Both the position numbers and the translations under genes were made by a program. 64,000 nucleotides of DNA, taken from NCBI GenBank assembly GCA_913060555.1, contig CAJXRS010000001.1, positions 4,231 through 68,230 of the forward strand. The letters run 5' to 3'. Origin of the DNA: an uncultured Gammaproteobacteria bacterium. Its GTDB lineage: Bacteria > Pseudomonadota > Gammaproteobacteria > Pseudomonadales > Porticoccaceae. The notes beneath the pieces are model-generated. The model searched no databases, was not told the DNA's origin, and saw only the letters and a list, made by a program, of their open reading frames with translations. Shown here in pieces: positions 58,356 through 64,000 of the stretch (position 1 is the first letter of the stretch; the number at the start of each line of letters is the position of its first letter).

Positions 58356-60113
58356 TCAGGCGCACGCGGTGAGTGTTTCGACGGCCCGCTCCGTGGAGAT
58401 GTGACACCGATCGGGGTGCAGGCGCTCGAACAGGGCGCTGCCCCGCAACTGGTCGAGGACGGGTCCCTTGACCTCGGCCAGGTGCAGCTCGACGCCGGCT
58501 TCGCCGAGGCTGGTGTAGAGGTTTTCCAGCATCTCCAGGGCGCTGGCGTCGATGTAGGCTACCCCGGACAGGATCAACACCACGGCCTCGAGGCCGGCGC
58601 GGTCGACGACCAGGTTCTGGAGCTCGGACTCCACGCGCGGGGTATTGGCGAAATAGAGATTTTCATCGATGCGCACCAGCAGCAGCTGCGGCCAGGTTTC
58701 GACCACATGGCGGTGGATGTTGCGGAAATGCTCGGTCCCGGCAATGCGTCCGACCACCGCAATATGGGGTCTGCTGGTGCGGTACAGGAACAGCAGCAGC
58801 GCCAGTCCGACGCCGATCGACAGGCCCAGCTCGATGCCCAGCGCCAGCACGCCGATCAGGGTGGCGGCCTGGGCCGTGCCGTCGCCGCGGTCGTATCTCC
58901 AGGTGTGCCGCAGTCCCTCGAGGTCGATCAGCTGCCATACCGCGACCACGATGATGGCGGCCAGCACCGCCTTGGGCAGATCGTGCAGCAGGCCGGCGAA
59001 CAGCAACGCGGCCAGCGCGACCCAGAACGCGGTGAAGATGGCCGCCAGCTGGGTGCGGGCGCCGGCCTCGAAGTTGACCATGGAGCGCGCGAATCCGCCG
59101 GCGACCGGCATGGCGCCGGCACAGGCTGCGGCGATGTTGGTCACCCCCAGGGCCCGCAGTTCCTGGTCGGGGTCGATCTTTTCGCGGCGCCGGAAGGCCA
59201 GGGCCTTGGCCACCGAGATACTTTCCACATAGCCGATCAGGGCGATCAGCGCCGCCGAGGGCAACAGCTCCAGCCAGCCCGGCGCGGTGACGAAACCCAG
59301 CTGCGGTCGCGGCAGACCGCTGGGTACGCCGCCCACGATCGCCAGTCCCCAGCGCTGTTGGGCATCCAGGGCGCCCGCGCAGAGAATGGCGAGGATCACC
59401 AGCACCAGGGGCGCCGTGCGCACCACGATGGCGGCCGTGGCGCGGGCCAGCCCGGCGCCTATCAGGACCCGGAGCAGCGGTCCCCGCGCCAGCAGCAGTG
59501 CGGCGACGGTGGTCAGACCGAAAGCCGCCGCTGCCGGATTGAGTTCCGGCAGGGAGCGTCCGATCACCGCCAGCAGTTCGAACAGCCCGGCGTCCCGGGA
59601 AGCGGCAATTCCGGTCAGCGCCGGCAGCTGGGTGCAGACGATGAAGATGGCGGCACCCGTGGTGAATCCGGAGAGCACCGGATGGCTGATGAAGGCGGTC
59701 AGCCAGCCCAGGCGCAGCAGGCCCAGGCCCAGCAGCAGCAGCCCCACCAACGCCGAGAGGATGAGCGCGCCGGTCAGATATTTGTCGGGATCTCCGCCGG
59801 CATAGGGTGTCAGGGCAGCGCTCACCATCACTGCGGCCACCGCCACCGGGCCCACCGCCAGGGTGCGGCTGGTGCCGAGCAGTGCGTAGACCAGCGGGGG
59901 CACGATACTGGCGTAGAGCCCCACCTCCGGCGGCAGACCGGCGAGCAGGGCATAGGCCAGGGCCTGGGGAATCAGCAGGATGGCGGTGATGGTCCCGGCC
60001 AGCAGATCCTGGGCCAGGGCGCCGCGCTCGCGTCCGCGCAGATCCCCGTACAGTGGCAGTAGCCTGCTCCAGCGCGGCGGCCGTGGCCCTGTCGGATTGT
60101 TGTCCAATGCCAT
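58356..60113 (-). CDS. SulP family inorganic anion transporter with C-terminal STAS domain
   Basis: I prefer ATG 60113 (585 aa). DLLAGTITAILLIPQALAYALLAGLPPEVGLYASIVP is the SulP signature region. STAS tail (LLVRIDENLYFANT...). Confidence 0.88.
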   Translation of the reverse strand: MALDNNPTGPRPPRWSRLLPLYGDLRGRERGALAQDLLAGTITAILLIPQALAYALLAGLPPEVGLYASIVPPLVYALLGTSRTLAVGPVAVAAVMVSAALTPYAGGDPDKYLTGALILSALVGLLLLGLGLLRLGWLTAFISHPVLSGFTTGAAIFIVCTQLPALTGIAASRDAGLFELLAVIGRSLPELNPAAAAFGLTTVAALLLARGPLLRVLIGAGLARATAAIVVRTAPLVLVILAILCAGALDAQQRWGLAIVGGVPSGLPRPQLGFVTAPGWLELLPSAALIALIGYVESISVAKALAFRRREKIDPDQELRALGVTNIAAACAGAMPVAGGFARSMVNFEAGARTQLAAIFTAFWVALAALLFAGLLHDLPKAVLAAIIVVAVWQLIDLEGLRHTWRYDRGDGTAQAATLIGVLALGIELGLSIGVGLALLLFLYRTSRPHIAVVGRIAGTEHFRNIHRHVVETWPQLLLVRIDENLYFANTPRVESELQNLVVDRAGLEAVVLILSGVAYIDASALEMLENLYTSLGEAGVELHLAEVKGPVLDQLRGSALFERLHPDRCHISTERAVETLTACA

Positions 60114-60327
60114 TGCTGATCCTGGGCGTCTCGGTTCGGCGATCGCTACCCCTGGGAGGCAGGAGTTGCGCGGCGAGCGGGTGCTCGATAGTACGACCGC
60201 TGCGGCGCGAAGCGCCTGCGGCCGTGCCGACATCGGCTTGAAACAATAAGCATAGATGGATCGGTTATATTAGCAGTCAGCCGGGGCCAGCTGGCAAGCC
60301 GGGCGATTATTCAAATGGGAGGCTGCC

Positions 60328-61578
60328 ATGAACGATTCCACCATGCGACATGTTGTCGTCATCGTCGGCGGCGGAGCCGCCGGCCTCACGGTAGCGGGTC
60401 TGCTGCGCAGAACCCAACCCGACCTCGATGTCGCGGTGATCGAGCCGTCGGAGCACCACTATTATCAACCCGCCTGGACGCTGGTCGGCGGCGGCACCTA
60501 CGACATCGCTCGTACCCGCCGCCTGACCGCGGATTGCATGCCATCGGGCGTGACCTGGATCCAGGATCGGGTGACCGGTTTCGCGCCCGACCGCAATCGC
60601 GTGGAGCTGGCTTCCGGTGCCGCCGCGGAATATCGCTACCTGGTGGTGGCTGCCGGTCTGCAGATCGACTGGGGACGCATTCAGGGCCTCGAGGCGACCC
60701 TGGGCAGCAACGGCGTCACCAGTAACTACCGCTACGACCTGGCGCCCTATACCTGGGAGTGCATTCGCAGTCTGCGCGGCGGCGAGGCGCTGTTCACCCA
60801 GCCGGCGATGCCCATCAAGTGCGCCGGAGCGCCGCAGAAGATCCTCTATCTCGCCGCCGATCACTGCCGCGGCGCAGGGGTGTCGGCGGGGATGCATTTC
60901 TTCACCCCGGGGCCGGCCATGTTCGGTGTGCCCTTTTATTCCAGGGCGCTCGACAAGGTGGTCGACCATTACGGCATCCAGCCCCACTTTGCCCACAACC
61001 TGGTGGCGGTGGACGGCCCGGCGCAGAAGGCCGTGTTCGAGGTGGCCGAAGGCGAGGAAAAGCGCAGCGTCGAGCTGTCCTTCGACCTGTTGCATGTGGT
61101 GCCCCCCCAGTCGGCACCGGACTTCATCAAGGCCAGTCCGCTGGCCGATGCCTCGGGCTGGATGAGCGTCGACAAGCACAGCCTGCGGCACACCGGTTTC
61201 GACAACGTGTTTGGCTTGGGCGACTGCACCACGACGCCCAACAGCAAGACGGCGGCGGCGGTGCGCTGCCAGGCCCCCGTGGTGGTCGCCAATCTGCTCC
61301 ACGCGCTGCACGGCAAGGGCACTGAACGCAGCTACGACGGCTATGCGTCCTGTCCGCTGACCACCTCCAACGGCCGCATCATGCTCGCCGAGTTCCTCTA
61401 CGACGGCGTGGTCGCGCCCAGCTTTCCCGTCGATCCGCGCATTCCCCGTCGCGCCTACTGGTGGCTGAAGAAGTACTATCTGCCCTTTCTCTATTGGCGC
61501 ATGCTCAAGGGCCACTTGGGCTTCGACTGGCACCGGCAGCGCAGCTTTCCAGAGGCACTGCCGGCGATAGAGCCCTGA
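60328..61578 (+). CDS. sqr: Type II (SQRDL-like) sulfide:quinone oxidoreductase / FAD-dependent oxidoreductase
   Basis: 416 aa. VVIVGGGAAGLTVA FAD motif, HYYQPAWTLVGGG and CAGAPQK, typical of type II SQR. GGGAGG Shine-Dalgarno. Confidence 0.8.
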   Translation: MNDSTMRHVVVIVGGGAAGLTVAGLLRRTQPDLDVAVIEPSEHHYYQPAWTLVGGGTYDIARTRRLTADCMPSGVTWIQDRVTGFAPDRNRVELASGAAAEYRYLVVAAGLQIDWGRIQGLEATLGSNGVTSNYRYDLAPYTWECIRSLRGGEALFTQPAMPIKCAGAPQKILYLAADHCRGAGVSAGMHFFTPGPAMFGVPFYSRALDKVVDHYGIQPHFAHNLVAVDGPAQKAVFEVAEGEEKRSVELSFDLLHVVPPQSAPDFIKASPLADASGWMSVDKHSLRHTGFDNVFGLGDCTTTPNSKTAAAVRCQAPVVVANLLHALHGKGTERSYDGYASCPLTTSNGRIMLAEFLYDGVVAPSFPVDPRIPRRAYWWLKKYYLPFLYWRMLKGHLGFDWHRQRSFPEALPAIEP

Positions 61579-61619
61579 GTGCCGGTTCAGTAGTAGGGCA
61601 GGGGTTCGGCCTTGCCGCG

Positions 61620-61801
61620 AAACACCCGAGCAGTAGGCCGAGTACCCGCGGGTCCAAGCGCCTGAGCCGGCCGATGCGCGAACAAGGCCTGCGCGAGGCC
61701 GCGCACCACGGACAGCGACCACGCACGTCCGCTCGCCGAGAACCTGCTTGCCAGACAGTTCGACGTGACCAGCACGACGCCAGCCTGGGTCAGTGACATC
61801 A
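61620..61801 (+). pseudogene. IS3-family transposase (OrfB) relic, upstream exon fragment
   Basis: The translation ...KRLSRPMREQGLR shifts frame near 61695 and continues as RPRTTDSDHARPLAENLLARQFDVTSTTPAWVSDI. This matches the IS3 OrfB region that precedes the DITYI motif. There is no orfA, start codon or inverted repeat, and the left boundary is approximate. Confidence 0.7.
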
Positions 61802-62315
61802 GTGTGCCGCAGCAAGCGGCGTAAGAGATGAGGGTATGGCCCCTCGCCATCGGCTTGCAGGAGCAGGTGGCAAACCACCGCAAGCGGCTTGGGTCAAAAG
61901 CCCCGGTCGTGAGCGTTGCGGAAAAGGCGCCATCAGGCGTCAGGTGTGAACTCGGAAGGCGAACAACCGTGAACTGCCGTTCAAGCGTCGAAAGTACTCA
62001 GACGACATCGAAACCGGGGAGTGATGTTGCTCCGGGAGAAGTTGGGACGATACCTGTTTACGATCCCAGCGGTGTCCGGCGTAGAGGCAGCGCGAGCCGG
62101 GTTCAGGCTCTTACGTTGAACTGCGGGAACCTTCGGTGGCGATGGCAAGGGAAAGGCACAAGCCGACAAGGCGAGGCCGATAGTACCGATGCGCCATCAA
62201 GGGGCGGAGCGGCTCGTAGTAGCGTTGAAGTCGCTGTAATGGCGATGGAGCGAAGGGGCCGCGTCATCCGGTCATGGGTGTGGGTCAACTGCGCAAGCAG
62301 GAGGAGCCCGCTCGC

Positions 62316-63557
62316 ATGACAAAGCCGTTTGAAATTCCCAAACGACTGGTCTGGGAAGCGTATCAGTGTGTCAAGGCCAATGGAGGGTCAGCAGGCGTCG
62401 ATCAGGAATCGATCGAACGGTTTGAACGTCGTCTCGGCAACAACCTGTACGTGCTTTGGAATCGTCTTTGCTCCGGCAGCTATTTTCCGTCGCCAGTCAA
62501 AGGCGTGCCGATTCTGAAGAAGTCAGGCGGTGTGCGGATGCTCGGCGTGCCCACAGTGGCCGACCGGGTGGCGCAGACTGTGGTCAAGCGTGTCTTGGAA
62601 CCGATCCTCGAACCCCAGTTCCATCCCGATTCCTATGGGTATCGCCCCGGGCGCTCGGCGCTCGATGCGGTAGCCCGGGTACGGCGGCGGTGCTGGGACT
62701 ACGACTGGGTGATCGAGTTCGACATCAAGGGAATGTTCGACAACATCGACCATGCGTTGCTGATGTGGGCGGTTCGGAAGCATTGCCAGATACCCTGGGT
62801 GCTGCTGTATATCGAGCGTTGGCTCAAGGCACCGATGGAGATGGCGGATGGGCAGCGCGTGGAACGGACACGCGGCACACCGCAAGGGGGTGTCGTCAGT
62901 CCGCTGCTCGCCAATGTGTTCATGCACTATGCGTTCGACCGCTGGGTGACCCAACATCTGCGCAGCGTGCGATTCTGCCGCTACGCCGATGATGGGGTGA
63001 TCCACTGCAAAAGCCGGGCGCAGGCGGAGTTTGCCCTGCGCCGCATTACCGAACGATTCGGTCAATGTGGGTTGGAGTTGCATGCGGAGAAGACACGGAT
63101 CGTCTACTGCCGGGACTTCAATCGTCCGGCAGACTATCCGACCATCCAGTTCACCTTTCTCGGTTACACGTTCCGGCCGCGTAAAGCGGTGGACAAGTAT
63201 GGCCGGGTCTACGTGAACTTTGCACCGGCGGTAAGCCGTGACGCACTGCGTGCGATGCGGCAGACCATCCGGGGCTGGCATCTTCAGCTCAAGTGCGACC
63301 AGCACATCGACGATCTGTCCCGTATGTTCAACCCGGTGCTACGTGGCTGGATGAACTACTACGGGCGATTCCACGGTTCGGCCATGGATGCCATCTGGAA
63401 ACACCTGAACGCTTATCTGATGCGATGGTTACAACGCAAGTACAAGACTTTGGCGCGTCGGAAGCGACGTGCCTGGCGAGCGCTTGGTCGGTTGGCCGCC
63501 GCATCGCCCCGTGCCTTTGTGCACTGGGAACGCGGCTATGTGCCGCGGGCTGGATGA
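62316..63557 (+). CDS. Group II intron reverse transcriptase/maturase (no endonuclease domain)
   Basis: About 413 aa from ATG 62316 (the track start is 62274). RT motifs (GVDQESI, RMLGVPTVADRVAQ, YGYRPGRSA, F/YADD as RYADDGVIHC) and an X/maturase region (RGWMNYYGRF). Too short for a D/En extension. Confidence 0.92.
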   Translation: MTKPFEIPKRLVWEAYQCVKANGGSAGVDQESIERFERRLGNNLYVLWNRLCSGSYFPSPVKGVPILKKSGGVRMLGVPTVADRVAQTVVKRVLEPILEPQFHPDSYGYRPGRSALDAVARVRRRCWDYDWVIEFDIKGMFDNIDHALLMWAVRKHCQIPWVLLYIERWLKAPMEMADGQRVERTRGTPQGGVVSPLLANVFMHYAFDRWVTQHLRSVRFCRYADDGVIHCKSRAQAEFALRRITERFGQCGLELHAEKTRIVYCRDFNRPADYPTIQFTFLGYTFRPRKAVDKYGRVYVNFAPAVSRDALRAMRQTIRGWHLQLKCDQHIDDLSRMFNPVLRGWMNYYGRFHGSAMDAIWKHLNAYLMRWLQRKYKTLARRKRRAWRALGRLAAASPRAFVHWERGYVPRAG

Positions 63558-63560
63558 TGG

Positions 63561-63594
63561 GAGCCGGATGAGTCGAGAGGCTCACGTCCGGTTC
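63561..63594 (+). ncRNA. Group II intron catalytic domain V
   Basis: GAGCCGGAUGAGUCGAGAGGCUCACGUCCGGUUC is 34 nt. It has the AGC triad pairing with GUU, a 2-nt AC bulge on the 3' strand and a GAGA tetraloop. Confidence 0.92.
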
Positions 63595-63597
63595 TGC

Positions 63598-63631
63598 GAG
63601 GGGCTGGGGGTGCAATTCCCCCGGCCTACTC
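63598..63631 (+). ncRNA. Group II intron domain VI with branch-point adenosine
   Basis: A 10-bp upper stem (63601-63610 / 63618-63627) and a 3-bp lower stem flank the unpaired A63628, which lies 7 nt from the proposed 3' splice site. Confidence 0.75.
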
Positions 63632-63634
63632 ACC

Positions 63635-63862
63635 CCTACATTCCGACACCTGAGGACTGGTTGTACTTGGCAGTGGTGCTGAGCATCCAGACCCGGCAGG
63701 TGCTTGGCTACAGCCGCAGTGACCGCATGCCGGATGACCTGGTCGAGCAGCCGTCACTGAAGGCGTGCCAGCGTTCACCAGGGCGACAAAGGGTGCTGTT
63801 CCACCGACCGTGGTAGCCAGTACGCGAGCGGCGACGACCGCCCATTGCTGGGCGCAGGTTGA
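63635..63862 (+). pseudogene. IS3-family transposase (OrfB) relic, downstream exon fragment
   Basis: (T)YIPTPEDWLYLAVVLSIQTRQVLGYSRSDRMPDDLV...VLFH, then a frameshift near 63805 into DRGSQYASGDDRPLLGAG*. This covers the first DDE-domain region of IS3 OrfB. The C-terminal half of the protein and the right inverted repeat are absent. Confidence 0.72.
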
Positions 63863-63959
63863 AACTTTATCGACAGGTATCAATCATAGGACCTGTGTCC
63901 CGCGTAAGAGCGCGTCCTGCGGCGCGACTGAAAGGGACCATTCACCAAAGGAGAACACC

Positions 63960-64000
63960 ATGGCAATGCAATCGAAAAAGACGCTGGCGGCGGCCGTAGG
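63960..64000 (+). CDS. 5' end of an unidentified gene, probably secreted (continues beyond window)
   Basis: ATG 63960 is preceded by an AAGGAG Shine-Dalgarno. MAMQSKKTLAAAV... resembles the start of a signal peptide. Confidence 0.4.
   Translation, partial: MAMQSKKTLAAAV

Larger units (their letters stand above)
61802..63634 (+). mobile_element. Group II intron (ribozyme plus intron-encoded RT/maturase), about 1.83 kb
   Basis: 5' GTGTG at 61802. EBS1 loop TGATGT (62022-62027) is complementary to exon ACATCA (61796-61801). Domain V at 63561-63594. Domain VI has a bulged A at 63628. RT ORF sits in domain IV. Exon joining restores DIT|YIPT. The 3' boundary is good to +/-1 nt. Confidence 0.9.

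Noticed and set aside
60307-61878. 523-aa minus-strand ORF, plus the 620-aa plus-strand ORF 58200..60062
   Set aside because: They are antisense to the well-supported sqr and SulP genes respectively, with no motifs and biased composition.
62274-63557. Reverse transcriptase as a possible retron, DGR or defence-associated RT
   Set aside because: The RT is flanked by group II intron ribozyme elements (5' GUGUG, EBS1, domains V and VI) and has a maturase X region. There is no msr/msd-like structure, template/variable repeat pair or effector gene nearby.
63863-63959. Right end or inverted repeat of the IS3 element, including the short palindromes ACAGGT...ACCTGT and GGACctgtGTCC
   Set aside because: There is no matching left inverted repeat because the left end of the IS is missing, and no further OrfB similarity beyond 63862. 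The palindromes are too short to interpret.

Overview
This is a visibly GC-rich chromosomal segment in which almost all codons end in G/C. Its gene order is typical of a gammaproteobacterium, possibly a sulfur-oxidising or halophilic lineage, but I cannot name the species from sequence alone. Most of it is conserved housekeeping synteny.

Gene content in order:
- mlaE(partial)-D-C-B-A, then rep.
- A small decayed foreign patch: an IS630-type relic, a TraR/DksA-like gene and a frameshifted unknown ORF.
- A polyamine block: speA, carboxynorspermidine dehydrogenase and decarboxylase.
- purA-hisZ, then the classic nnr-tsaE-amiB-mutL-miaA-hfq-hflX-hflK-hflC superoperon.
- queG, rpsT, proB-obg-rpmA-rplU and nudC.
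- An acyl-CoA cluster (enoyl-CoA hydratase, two SDRs, thiolase-like protein plus DUF35), a P-type ATPase, an aldo/keto reductase and a CoA-transferase.
- tamB-tamA, a glutaminyl cyclase and an Fe(3+)-type ABC importer.
- An ECF sigma with a short zinc anti-sigma, followed by an AhpD-like protein, DUF3179, Sel1, thioredoxin, CcdA and a signal-peptide methyltransferase.
- ydbH-ynbE-ydbL, a glycine-zipper protein, an alpha/beta hydrolase, a SulP transporter and a type II sulfide:quinone oxidoreductase.

The one clear mobile element is an intact-looking group II intron. I could read its ribozyme domains V and VI, an EBS1-IBS1 pair and an RT/maturase ORF. It sits inside a truncated, frameshifted IS3-family transposase relic.

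I saw no rRNA, tRNA or CRISPR array, and no recognisable defence or toxin system. I cannot honestly point to a convincingly new multi-gene system. The best leads are:
- the intron-in-dead-IS arrangement;
- the ECF/ZAS thiol-redox cluster;
- the thioredoxin-CcdA-secreted methyltransferase-YdbH/YnbE/YdbL array;
- a striking AT-rich patch inside tsaE.

Many long ORFs in the supplied track are antisense or out-of-frame artefacts of high GC. The track also translates GTG/TTG starts as M, so I re-derived several starts.
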